The position numbers and the translations under genes are program-made. A stretch of 64,000 bases of DNA from Candidatus Obscuribacteraceae bacterium (GTDB lineage: Bacteria; Cyanobacteriota; Vampirovibrionia; Obscuribacterales; Obscuribacteraceae): the NCBI GenBank assembly GCA_044229845.1, contig JBGASG010000008.1, positions 96,001 through 160,000 of the forward strand, given 5' to 3'. Of the stretch, positions 51,701 through 62,626 are shown in pieces. The notes beneath the pieces were generated by a model. That model saw only the letters and a list, made by a program, of their open reading frames with translations, made no database searches and was not told the origin of the DNA. Position 1 is the first letter of the stretch. Every line of letters starts with the position of its first letter.

Positions 51701-53263
51701 GACTTCGCCGGCGCCAAGCCTGAGTACGAAAAAACATACCAGCTCGATCCAAAAGGCAAAGCCGACACGCTCTACTTCATTGCCGCGCTCCAGGAGCACT
51801 TCGGTGACGGCGCCAAGGCGCTGGACACATACCGACAATACGTCACTAAGTGCCCAACGGGACAGTACCTAGAATACGCCAAACTCCGCATCGCAGCCCT
51901 GTCCAAGAACGTACTCGACATAGTAAAAATCCCGACCGCGGCCGAGAGCAAAAACCAAACCGCTATTCGTGACAATTTCGACAAAGGCGTCAAACTGCAG
52001 CAAGACGGTAAGCTGCAAGAAGCCGTTGCCATCTATCAAGACCTCCAGAAGCAGGTTCCCAACGAACCAGCCTACGCGTACGCGGAAGGCACGGCACAAC
52101 AGCAGCTGGGCAACATGGAAGCCGCGATTTCTCTTTACGAAAAGGCATCGCGCCTGGATTCGAAGAACAAGGATTACGCCAACGCATTGTCTGCTGCCAA
52201 ACAAGCACGCGGTGCCACCATGCTTGATGATGCTGCGAAGAAACAAGCAGCCGGAGACCTGCCTGGCGCGCAAGAAGCCTACAAGAAAGCAATCGCCGCC
52301 GATCCCAAAAACGCCAAGTTGCACACCTATTACGCGGCATTGCTACAGCAGATGGAAAACTGGCAGGGCGCCCGCGACGAATTCAACACCGCCCTGGCAA
52401 TGGATCCCAAGGGCGAAGGCGAAGACTACTTCTATATGGCTCGTTTGGACGAGCACTTCGGGCGCGGCGCACAAGCAAACGGCGAGTATCAGAAGTACAT
52501 AGCGCAATATCCGAAAGGACAGTATGCCGCAGAGGCGCAAGCTCGCGTCAAGGCTCTGACAGCCAATCCCAACGACGTGATCAAGATGCAAACCGCTGCC
52601 GAAGTCAAAGTTGCCGGCGAAGGGCAGGCTCTTTTTGATGAAGCTGTAAAACTCCAACAAGATAAGAAAACGGACGAAGCAATCGCAAAGTATCTGGAAG
52701 TCCTGAAGGTAATCCCGAACTCCGACGCTGCCTGGTACGCGTATGCCACTGCTTTGTTTGAGAAACAAGATTGGGACGGCGCCATCAAAGCACTTGAAAA
52801 AGCGATTCAAATTAAACCCAGCGAGGCGTCCTACAAGCAGGTACTGCAACAAGCGAAAGCCGCGAAAGGACAGGTGCAAGCTGGTCCGTTGCTGCAATCC
52901 GCCATCGACAAACAGACCAAGCAAAACGACTTGAAGGGCGCGATTGCCGATTACGAAGCCGCGCTCAAGTTGTGGGATGATGCTTCGACTCACATGAATT
53001 GCGGTACCGCCTACCAAGCCGACAACAACTTCCAGGGCGCGCTCATGCATTACGACCGCGCGCTGCAACTCGATCCGAAGTTGTTTGATGTGCTCTACTA
53101 CCGCGGGCTGGTCTACGAAAACTTGAAGAAAGCGCCGCAAGCCATCGCCGACTACAAGAAGTACTTGCAGTTACAACCGACCGGTCAAAATGCACCTGCC
53201 GTCAAAGACCGTCTCAAGGCGCTCGGCGTCAAAATGGTGACCGCGCCCGCCAAACACATGTAG
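48722..53263 (+). CDS. Giant exported TPR-repeat protein (1513 aa)
   Basis: Signal-like N-terminus, many TPRs organised in ~220-228-aa super-repeats. Confidence 0.9.
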   Translation: MGNNVFLASRRKRVSLLISCLSTLLAATVTISPWSPSPSNFAYAAASGAVISLNNEGVKALNAGNYQLAIQKFEAAYKLDPTYQLARENLAIAYNNYGLQMQNNPGEAIKWFHKSLSLNPNNATTQGNLNTIVQMLGKNPGSYKDRMEMGRAARLAGDFDGAIVEYAAALRIKDDPKLHADLGDVYRVRDRLDDAIREFQAALKSGVDPATAADVNVKLGQAFQAKKDLKSAIVAYGEAIKAKPDDRDVLDALQAGWEQALRENPQAPENHIGLGQALQYRGDFQQAEAEYKMALRFDPNNAIAKRLLAGIPDAKRQSAINKNINAGVDLQARKQYDMAIAQYLEALKADPKNVDVIVNIGTAFQAKGDYDNAIAYYQKAQAIQPSNQLAAQGIKASTAEKREKMLEAAGKAGQELFAAKKYPEALAAYQKVAAAQPEDPENHFNIGAVLQAMGRLDEAIAEYNQAIRLNKDPKEKRYDDALAAARKKKADPIMEQAVAAHKAKDYNKAIDLYQQAISLQPDNASLYFNLAGALYSRENYPDAQKNYEKALQLDPKGQVDDLWLIGAIQEHMGDGYAAMGSYRKYVTQAPSGKFIALAKDRLDALTRNPRDTQKIKNEAELNAIASAGDAYKAGTAAYAEKRYDEALAAYQKAFAAQPKEPAYAYAVGTAFHAKQDYDNAMKWYQSAAEILKGQTKPDPVLVKDIPAAMEKAMGDKAEPIAKAAVEKQTAGDLAGAIAMYNQALQLIPKNAPLWTNLGSAYQNSDDFQNARNAYQKALDLDKKASCANYYLLAKIDEHFGKASDALNNYRKYLSECGGGQFSADANDRVKILAQGGPTQKLSTQAEIKTAKAAGDAFDAATKAQTAGNWDEAIANYNKAIQIQPKEPAYLFGLGSAYQGKQDFANAIVWYQKAVDLANSPELKTKYKDQIAEYSKYLGIAKTGAMQPIADEALKLFQAQDYKGAAGKYRQALTMMPDDPDLHLNLAAALQAADDFAGAKPEYEKTYQLDPKGKADTLYFIAALQEHFGDGAKALDTYRQYVTKCPTGQYLEYAKLRIAALSKNVLDIVKIPTAAESKNQTAIRDNFDKGVKLQQDGKLQEAVAIYQDLQKQVPNEPAYAYAEGTAQQQLGNMEAAISLYEKASRLDSKNKDYANALSAAKQARGATMLDDAAKKQAAGDLPGAQEAYKKAIAADPKNAKLHTYYAALLQQMENWQGARDEFNTALAMDPKGEGEDYFYMARLDEHFGRGAQANGEYQKYIAQYPKGQYAAEAQARVKALTANPNDVIKMQTAAEVKVAGEGQALFDEAVKLQQDKKTDEAIAKYLEVLKVIPNSDAAWYAYATALFEKQDWDGAIKALEKAIQIKPSEASYKQVLQQAKAAKGQVQAGPLLQSAIDKQTKQNDLKGAIADYEAALKLWDDASTHMNCGTAYQADNNFQGALMHYDRALQLDPKLFDVLYYRGLVYENLKKAPQAIADYKKYLQLQPTGQNAPAVKDRLKALGVKMVTAPAKHM

Positions 53264-53314
53264 AGTCGGTGGCCGCCTAAAGCGCGGTCGGCGATGCGTT
53301 GTCCCCCTAAGGCA

Positions 53315-53554
53315 TTGACCGCAGTGGCGGCCAACAAAAGACATTTTTGACCGCAGTGGCGGCCAAACCTCGCATTTGTGGCCGCCGTGGCGGTCAAATG
53401 CTGCTGTGTCCGACCGCCGTGGCGGCCACCGCGAACGAAGCACATCGGCGCCGTCATCGATCCGCGCGCATCGATCCGTTGTCGGCATTGTCACCTCCCA
53501 CGTTGTCCGCCACGGCGGGCAAATCGAGCCATTCGTGTCCGCCAAGGCGGACAG
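53315..53554. repeat. Array of six 16-bp imperfect palindromes GNCCGC(C/A)-NN-GGCGGNC in 31-32-bp register
   Basis: Units start at 53317, 53349, 53380, 53412, 53505, 53537. Confidence 0.85.
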
Positions 53555-53600
53555 AGTGGGATCACCCGGGTGGTTAGCGACCCGTTCATCAAGCGGGGGC

Positions 53601-53640
53601 CTCATTTCGTGGGCTGCGGCGCTCATTTCGTGGGCTGCGG
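53601..53640. repeat. Tandem duplication of CTCATTTCGTGGGCTGCGG (21-bp period) spanning the SGNH gene stop
   Basis: Identical 19-mers at 53601 and 53622. Confidence 0.85.
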
Positions 53641-54498
53641 TGCGGATGGTTTGTAGGCGAGGTAGTATTCCCAGGCGAGACGCTGAAGTTCTTCTGCCTT
53701 CGCCGGCGGCAGGTCAACGACGGTAATGTCGCGCTTGCGCGTTTCGTTGAGTGCGGTGATCTTCGCCGGCATGCCCGTTGGCTCGCGCCCGAACATGTAG
53801 CAGTAGAACACGCACGCCGAGAGATATGAGCCCTCCGGTCCCGGATGGTGATGGTCGCTCGACCAGAGATCGATTTTTGGATTTTGCCCGACTGCGTAAA
53901 ACCAGGTTTCGCCGACCGGAATCACCGGTGCGCCGGTTGCCTCAGCCAGCTCGGCGTAAGCTTTCGTGACCTTCGCCTGATTATCCGCTTGTCCGAGATA
54001 GGCATAAGTCTGAAATAAGATCGGCTGCTCGTGATGCTCACGAGCCATCTGTGCAAGCTGGTATCCGTAGTAGATCAGACCCTTACGATCATAGATAGGT
54101 TCGGTGCTCGCCCCTTGAATAACCATGTAATCGAACGGACCGTTGTTATCTAGAATCCGCTTCACGAGCCCGTCGTCGATATGCTGCTCGAGGCGCCGCG
54201 ATGGTATCAGCACCTGCCAGAATTTAGTTTGCTTGTGCAAACCCCGATCACTTTCAATAAACGCTTTGAGAATTGCAGGAATCGAATTTGTAAATGTGAG
54301 ACTGTTGCCGACCCACATGATTTTGACCGCGTCCGCGTCCTTGCTGTCGGAAAGCCGTGGTGCCTGGTTGACCTCCATCTCGCAAAGTGCGCGGTCGAAC
54401 ATAAACCAGAAGCCGACACCAAAAATAACAACGAATGCCACCACCGCGAACAGAAATAATTTGATCACTCGCCAAACGGTTTTTTTGGTTATCGCCAT
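53623..54498 (-). CDS. SGNH/GDSL-like hydrolase with an N-terminal TM anchor
   Basis: VGNSLT (block I), IPVGETW, DHHHP..GSYL (block V); ATG at 54498 avoids overlap with rsgA. Confidence 0.82.
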   Translation of the reverse strand: MAITKKTVWRVIKLFLFAVVAFVVIFGVGFWFMFDRALCEMEVNQAPRLSDSKDADAVKIMWVGNSLTFTNSIPAILKAFIESDRGLHKQTKFWQVLIPSRRLEQHIDDGLVKRILDNNGPFDYMVIQGASTEPIYDRKGLIYYGYQLAQMAREHHEQPILFQTYAYLGQADNQAKVTKAYAELAEATGAPVIPVGETWFYAVGQNPKIDLWSSDHHHPGPEGSYLSACVFYCYMFGREPTGMPAKITALNETRKRDITVVDLPPAKAEELQRLAWEYYLAYKPSAPQPTK

Positions 54499-54559
54499 GA
54501 AGATGCTTTTGAAGATGCTTTGCTGATGCTTTTGTTGATGTTGGTGTGGGGTCAGTTCT

Positions 54560-55741
54560 TTAGTTGTCTTCGTCCAAATCCGAGTCGTCGAGGTACGGCT
54601 CCCTATCGACTTCCCCATCTCCAGCCCCATCCATGTCCTCATCGACGATTTCTTCACCCTCGGCGTCGATATCGGTGAGTTGCTGCTTTTGCTTGCGACG
54701 CGAGTCGGCGCGGTAGCGACTGCTCAGTTTTGGAATCGAACGGGCACCACCTTTGCCACCAACTACTTTCACAACACCAGTTTCGACCTTCTGCGAGGTC
54801 TGCTTTTGCAACTGCTGCTCCTGCTGAGATTCGCCGATGATCGTCTGGTAACTGTCGTAGCGCGCAGGCGCGATTTTATCGATGTTTTCCAGCACCGCAC
54901 AGCCGGTCTCCACCAGGTGCAGGCAGTTTGCGTATTTGCACTCCTCAGCAAATTGCGCGATATCAGGAAACTGCCATGCCACCTCCTGCGGTTGCGGGTG
55001 ACGCAATTCGCCAAGCGAGAAACCGGGAGTGTCGGCTATCCACGTTTCCCCCCCATGAGCACCGCCACCCGGAACTGATGCCTTGATGGGCAGTTGATAC
55101 AGCTCGCTATAAGTGGTTGTGTGCCGACCGACCAATAATTCTTCCCGGACGTCGACCTTCAAATTGAGCGTTGGGTTCAATTTGTTAATGAGGCTGGATT
55201 TACCTACGCCCGAGGGTCCGGTGAGCACCGACGTGCTTCCGGCAAGCGCAGCCTGCAATTCCTCGATTCCCGCGCCAGTTTTGGCAGAGACAAGTAACAC
55301 TCTGTAATCAAGTGGTTCATAAATGTTTCGTAAAGCCGCCAGCTCGCTTTCTTCGGCGAGATCGCACTTGTTCACCAACACGAAATGCCGCACTGCAGGC
55401 AGTTCTAGCTGCAAATGGACCAGGTACCGATCACACAACAACCCATTAAAATCGGGCTGCCGTGACGCTTGTACAATAAACACCTGGTCGACGTTCGCTA
55501 AATACGGGCGAGACAGCAAATTGCGGCGCTCCAGCCGAGCAACAATCACTGCTGTCCCTCTGCTGTCGGAGTTAGCGTCGGTGAGGTCTACTTCATCGAT
55601 TTCAACTTCGTCTCCAGTGAAGATTGATACGCCCTCTTTCTTCAAGCGAGCTCGAACCGGGCATTGGAGCGTGGCATCATGCTCCGGCGTGTACACCAGA
55701 TACCCGCCTGCATGCCTTCTCAACACTCGCCCTGTCACCAT
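54560..55741 (-). CDS. rsgA: Ribosome small subunit-dependent GTPase A
   Basis: NKCD, GPSGVGKSS, GRHTT, DTPGF, CKYANCLH..C zinc site; acidic tail. Confidence 0.96.
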   Translation of the reverse strand: MVTGRVLRRHAGGYLVYTPEHDATLQCPVRARLKKEGVSIFTGDEVEIDEVDLTDANSDSRGTAVIVARLERRNLLSRPYLANVDQVFIVQASRQPDFNGLLCDRYLVHLQLELPAVRHFVLVNKCDLAEESELAALRNIYEPLDYRVLLVSAKTGAGIEELQAALAGSTSVLTGPSGVGKSSLINKLNPTLNLKVDVREELLVGRHTTTYSELYQLPIKASVPGGGAHGGETWIADTPGFSLGELRHPQPQEVAWQFPDIAQFAEECKYANCLHLVETGCAVLENIDKIAPARYDSYQTIIGESQQEQQLQKQTSQKVETGVVKVVGGKGGARSIPKLSSRYRADSRRKQKQQLTDIDAEGEEIVDEDMDGAGDGEVDREPYLDDSDLDEDN

Positions 55742-55820
55742 TCCGGTGAATCGCTCCTTCTGGTAATGCTCATCATCTTAGAAGCATTTGCTGGAATCGC
55801 AAATCTAATATGATTATTCG

Positions 55821-57689
<1,869 letters not shown>

Positions 57690-57847
57690 ACCGACACAAT
57701 TAATCCAGGCGACACCGGCGTAAACGTGCTCCAGCTGGCGCTCGTTAATAAATCAGCACATCTTATGTGATCTGGGGAACTACAGCGTATTGCGGTAGTC
57801 ATTTAGATGAGCTAGCGTATGCTTTTGGTCTCGAGAGCAGCTAGTGA

Positions 57848-60800
57848 GTGCCGGAAATCCCGGGGGCTAGCGTGGTGATCGGAGCCAACCGTAAACAGCA
57901 GACCGTCACCATGGTTCGTTCGAAGCTTCGCGAGCGCATTTTCTTTGCCGCCCTCACCGTAGGCGCGGCAGCGTTCATCTGCATGGTCACAGGCACCCAC
58001 TTCGTCATGGACGGCTGGTCGCACGACCGCATTCAGTCCATCATGTCGCAGTGGCTGACGCGCCAGGTGCACCTGGGAGAGACTTCCTGGTCGCTGGGAC
58101 TGAATGGACTGGTCTTGACCAGCGAGTCGTTCTCGGTTGACGAGAAAGACGCCAAAACGACATTTCTCAAATCAGGCAAAACCGAAATCGGGCTGGCGCT
58201 CCTACCGATGGCGCAAGGCAAGTTCTACGCGCATCACATCAAGTTTGTCGACCCGCAAATCAAAGCCGTCCATATCTCCGGCAAGCGCTGGAATTTCTCG
58301 GACCTGCCCCAGGCTCCGGGGCTGAAGTACCTCTCATGGATGCAGATCTCGGGCGGGCAAATTGCCGTCCAGGATCAAGAGACGAAACCAGCTGCCTGGT
58401 CGGGACGACATCTCGAGAATGTGACGCTGACTGTGCAACGTCCACGAGAAAACTCGGTCTGGCCGTTCGCCATCACAGCCGAGATGCCCGGCACCACCCA
58501 TGCCACACCGACCGCGCCGGGCAAAGCGTACGTCACCAAAATCAATCTCAGTGGTATCGGCACCGGTGCCCTCGATGACTGGGCAAAGAACAACCATACC
58601 TTCGAAGCTGAGGTCAACGACCTCAATGCCGAAGACGTGCACATGTTCTCGGCTGAGGCGCCGAGCATGCACGGTTTCGTAGATGCGAAGCTAAAAGGCA
58701 GCGGCGTGCCGCAAAAAGGATTCCATGCCAACGCCGACATCATCACAAAGAAACTGCGGGTAGTCATCCCGGAAGTCGGCGACTGGAACGTCGTCGACGG
58801 CACCAGCTCAGCAGATCTGGTTATCGACGAACAACAAATCGACTACAAGAACTTTTCGCTGGCACTGCCCACAGTGCTGGTGCGCTCGGACGGCAACATC
58901 GCCGACTGGCGCACCAAAGACCCGTCATACAAAATCAACTTCGACTTCGTCGCCTCCGACGTCGCCAAGCTGGCAGACATGGTGCCGGCCCGCATCTTGC
59001 CGCGCGACATCCTGGGACCGCAAGCCAGCGGCGAATTGCGAAGCAACGAACAGCTGACTATCGCGCAGGCTCTTCTACCGGCAAAGGTAGGCGGTGCCGG
59101 CATAATCAAAGCCAACTTCGTCGGCAAAGGCAAAGACCTGACCGCCGATATCTCATTGCGCGGCGATGCGCTGAGAGCCAACACACTCATGAAAAACGGC
59201 ACCCAGGTGCATACAGTCGGCAAGGTCGACATGCATGCTCAGCTGGTCAGCGTGCATCATCCCAAACAGAAAGACACCATCACGGGCACCGCCACCATCG
59301 AGAACGGGTCGCTCTCCATCGACAAGGGCGACATGGTCGCGCACGCAGTGAGCGGCAACGTCACCATCCGCAATACCGACATGTTACTGCACGAACTGAA
59401 AGGCAAGTTCGGCCCCGGCGACTTCCAGCTGAGCGGCACCTTGCCGGAGAAACCAACCGGACCGGTGGCGCTGCACTACGTGGGCAACGACATCAATTTA
59501 TTGCAAGTCAAACGAGTTATGAAGGCGCTCGATATTGATGCCATGCCCGCCAACAATCACAATATCGCCGGCACCATCAAAAACGCAGTCGTAGATGTCA
59601 CCGGCACGTTCAGAAAGCCGAATGTCGTGATGACTGCCGTGCCGAAGCAGGTCTACTTCCAGACCGGCGCCCTCGAACGCGCACTGACAGTGACGTCCGG
59701 CATCGTGCGTTATGGCGACGGTGCCTTCCGCCTGGAAGATGTGAACGGACGCCTGGGGCGCGGCACCTTCATGGTGAATGGCTCAACTACCGCCGCCGGC
59801 GCCAACAACCTGAGCGTGGAAGCCAGAGATATAGATCTATCCGATGTAGAGTTGGCAGTCAAAGGTCTCGACATACGCCCGATCTCGCTGCAGCCGCAAG
59901 TGCTGTTCGGCACGGTCGCCAGCGCTAAACTGCACGTCACAGGTTCTGCCGCCGCCCCGTCGGTCGAACTGACCACCGTTCCCAGCCACCTCTACTACGT
60001 GCCCAAAGGCTTCAGCCGCACGTTCGTGCTCACCGGCGGCAATGTTTCTTTGAAGAAAAACATTGCCACCATGCACGACCTGACGGGCTCACTGGGACGA
60101 GGCGTCTTCGTGCTGAACGGCACGGCGCACCTGACCGGTCCCGATGCAGCCTCGGACCTGAAGCTGGCAGCGCGCAACCTCGACATGTCCAACGTCAAAC
60201 TGGCCCTGCAGGCACTGGGGGTTCATCATCCCTTGCTCGCCCAACAACTGCTCTACGGCACCGCCGACGACGTCAAACTGAAACTAAAGGGTCTGAATCA
60301 GCCCCCGGATATTTCGCTGGTGGCAGTGCCGGGCAACATCCACTTCGAGCCACTGGGCAGCTCGCGGACGCTCTCACTGAGCGGCGGCAAAGTCACCTAC
60401 GAAAACGACTCGCTGCAGTTGGATAAAGTGCGCATCCATAGCCAGCGCACCAATGCCCTCGTCAGCCTGCAACTAGACAGCCTGAGCAAAAATTCGCAAC
60501 TGCACATGATCGACCTGAACGCCAAGTCGTTCGACCTCGGCGACCTGCACAGCTATCTGGCAGCCGACCGCACGCCCCCGACGGTGCGCGACACGTACCA
60601 CAAAATCATCGCGCAATACGGACTGTCGCGCCCGCACGGCACGATGTCCGGCGTTTTCCATATGGATGCTCGCGGCGACCATCCGGAGGTGACGGGACAG
60701 CTCAACCTGACACGATTCGGATTGCGTTTCTATCAATATCCGATTCACCACGTCACCGGCTCTCTAATTGCCGACGGCAAAGACATTCACCTCACCAACA

Positions 60801-62602
60801 TCCAGGGTTCTATCGGTAGCTCGCAGTTTCAAGTAGACGGCAAAGTAGCCGATGCCGCCACTAAGGACGCTAAGTGGAACGCCGACGTCAACATGCAGGT
60901 CAACGTCAAAAACTTCCTGGCGCTCATATCCACCGTCGATCCGAGCATGCAAAACATCATCACCGCCTCCGGACCGATTCCCTTGCACATGAAAGTAGCA
61001 GGCGATCTAAGCGGTATGACCACAGGACGGTTTAAGTCATCTATTCCACCGGAGACAATCATCAGTCTGGGCGGTCCGCTGGGCAACGTCACCAAACCCG
61101 CCGGACAACCGGTAAATCTGGAGGGTGCGCTCGCTTTCGGCGGCGATAATCCGCCGCGCATCGAAGTTACGGAGAGCAAAGTCACCATAGGTGATACCGT
61201 AGTCGGCTGGACCGGTGAATACATAGTAAGTGAAACTAAATCGCCCCGCCTGCACTTCTCGCTGGAGCTGCCCAATCCGCTGCCCATCAGTCAGCTGGTG
61301 GGTTTCCTGCCGGCAGATAATCGCCTCAAAGATATCTTCAAAAACGCCTCCGGTATGGCGAAAGGAAGATTGGAGTTTGAAGGTCCGACCACCGGACCGG
61401 CAATGCGCGGACACATCGACATCTCGGAAGCCAATCTGCCGGCTCTGAAAATCGCCGACGTCAGTGGACGGCTGCAGGCTAATGACTGGTTTCCTCCCAA
61501 GAAAGTGACGGCCAGCGAGCGCGCTAACATGCCCCCGTCCACGTCAAAACTGGAAATTACCCTCAGCAAGGCACGCGTCGCCGACTTCGCTTTTGAAAAC
61601 GTAGCCGGCACCGTCCTCGCCGAAGACACGGACAAAGGTCCGAAGCTGAGCTTCCGCGACATGAGCGCCGCTGTTTTCGGAGGCACCGGCACTTGCGAAG
61701 GCTGGTTCATGCTCGAAGGACAGCGCCCCTTCAGCTTGCTGACCCGGTTCAACAGCATCAATGCCGATAAGATGGTGACCGCGCTGCTGCATGCGCCAGG
61801 TCAAATGACCGGCACCATCGACGGACGCACACAGATTGACGGACTGGCAGTCACCAACGAAGAGGACTTTTTGAGAAACCTGCGGGCGATCGGCGCTTTC
61901 ACAGCGCACAACGGCAGAGTGACTCGCCTCAAAGAATTGCAGACGAAACTCACGCAGGGCAATTTTCTGATGCAAGGTCTCTTAGGATTCGACATCAATA
62001 ATCTGCTGGCAACGCTGGCACCTGTTAAGTCGGGGAGCTTCGATACGTTCGAAGGGAAATTCCGTCTGCGCAACGAGCAACTGCACCTGGCTAAGGTGTT
62101 GTTTACCGGCGTGGAACTGCGCCTGCGCGGCGAGGGAGACATCGACCTGTCCAACAAGACAATCGATATGCACGTTGCCGGCAATATCCCGCGCATCGCC
62201 AAATCGTTCCTACCGGGTCCGCTGGAATCTATTGCCAGCTTCCTCAGCCCAGGCACCATCCTCAATACCATTGCCGCCCATACCTCACTGGATTTCCCGA
62301 CGCTTCCTTTGATCGGAGACACGGGAGACAGCAAACCGCGTTCTTTTGAATTCACTGTCAAAACTAAGCTAGATAACCCGAACACAATCGCCAAAGCGAT
62401 TCAGGAAACATTCCATTTCCTGCCGCCGCAACCCTCAGCAACTGCCTACCCGGCAATCGGCATCGGCATGTCCGGGCAGGACACACGCCAGTTTGCCCCA
62501 CAACGCAGTGCCACTTCCGACACAATGATGGTTCCGCCGGCACCAGAGTCCACAATGGTCGTCGAACCTACTAGCGTGAAAGAAGCCTCAGCGGAGAAAT
62601 AA
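57848..62602 (+). CDS. AsmA-like / TamB-like large beta-taco envelope protein (start probably 57911)
   Basis: N-terminal TM anchor, WNFSDL motif, long beta-rich repeats, C-terminal GEGDIDL AsmA_2-like region. Confidence 0.8.
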   Translation: MPEIPGASVVIGANRKQQTVTMVRSKLRERIFFAALTVGAAAFICMVTGTHFVMDGWSHDRIQSIMSQWLTRQVHLGETSWSLGLNGLVLTSESFSVDEKDAKTTFLKSGKTEIGLALLPMAQGKFYAHHIKFVDPQIKAVHISGKRWNFSDLPQAPGLKYLSWMQISGGQIAVQDQETKPAAWSGRHLENVTLTVQRPRENSVWPFAITAEMPGTTHATPTAPGKAYVTKINLSGIGTGALDDWAKNNHTFEAEVNDLNAEDVHMFSAEAPSMHGFVDAKLKGSGVPQKGFHANADIITKKLRVVIPEVGDWNVVDGTSSADLVIDEQQIDYKNFSLALPTVLVRSDGNIADWRTKDPSYKINFDFVASDVAKLADMVPARILPRDILGPQASGELRSNEQLTIAQALLPAKVGGAGIIKANFVGKGKDLTADISLRGDALRANTLMKNGTQVHTVGKVDMHAQLVSVHHPKQKDTITGTATIENGSLSIDKGDMVAHAVSGNVTIRNTDMLLHELKGKFGPGDFQLSGTLPEKPTGPVALHYVGNDINLLQVKRVMKALDIDAMPANNHNIAGTIKNAVVDVTGTFRKPNVVMTAVPKQVYFQTGALERALTVTSGIVRYGDGAFRLEDVNGRLGRGTFMVNGSTTAAGANNLSVEARDIDLSDVELAVKGLDIRPISLQPQVLFGTVASAKLHVTGSAAAPSVELTTVPSHLYYVPKGFSRTFVLTGGNVSLKKNIATMHDLTGSLGRGVFVLNGTAHLTGPDAASDLKLAARNLDMSNVKLALQALGVHHPLLAQQLLYGTADDVKLKLKGLNQPPDISLVAVPGNIHFEPLGSSRTLSLSGGKVTYENDSLQLDKVRIHSQRTNALVSLQLDSLSKNSQLHMIDLNAKSFDLGDLHSYLAADRTPPTVRDTYHKIIAQYGLSRPHGTMSGVFHMDARGDHPEVTGQLNLTRFGLRFYQYPIHHVTGSLIADGKDIHLTNIQGSIGSSQFQVDGKVADAATKDAKWNADVNMQVNVKNFLALISTVDPSMQNIITASGPIPLHMKVAGDLSGMTTGRFKSSIPPETIISLGGPLGNVTKPAGQPVNLEGALAFGGDNPPRIEVTESKVTIGDTVVGWTGEYIVSETKSPRLHFSLELPNPLPISQLVGFLPADNRLKDIFKNASGMAKGRLEFEGPTTGPAMRGHIDISEANLPALKIADVSGRLQANDWFPPKKVTASERANMPPSTSKLEITLSKARVADFAFENVAGTVLAEDTDKGPKLSFRDMSAAVFGGTGTCEGWFMLEGQRPFSLLTRFNSINADKMVTALLHAPGQMTGTIDGRTQIDGLAVTNEEDFLRNLRAIGAFTAHNGRVTRLKELQTKLTQGNFLMQGLLGFDINNLLATLAPVKSGSFDTFEGKFRLRNEQLHLAKVLFTGVELRLRGEGDIDLSNKTIDMHVAGNIPRIAKSFLPGPLESIASFLSPGTILNTIAAHTSLDFPTLPLIGDTGDSKPRSFEFTVKTKLDNPNTIAKAIQETFHFLPPQPSATAYPAIGIGMSGQDTRQFAPQRSATSDTMMVPPAPESTMVVEPTSVKEASAEK

Positions 62603-62626
62603 TCCCAATTGGAAACCCGGAAACCC

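Noticed and set aside
53315..53554. CRISPR array interpretation of the palindrome cluster
   Set aside because: Repeats are 16-20 bp, degenerate, with linkers of only ~15 bp; no leader or cas genes in the window.
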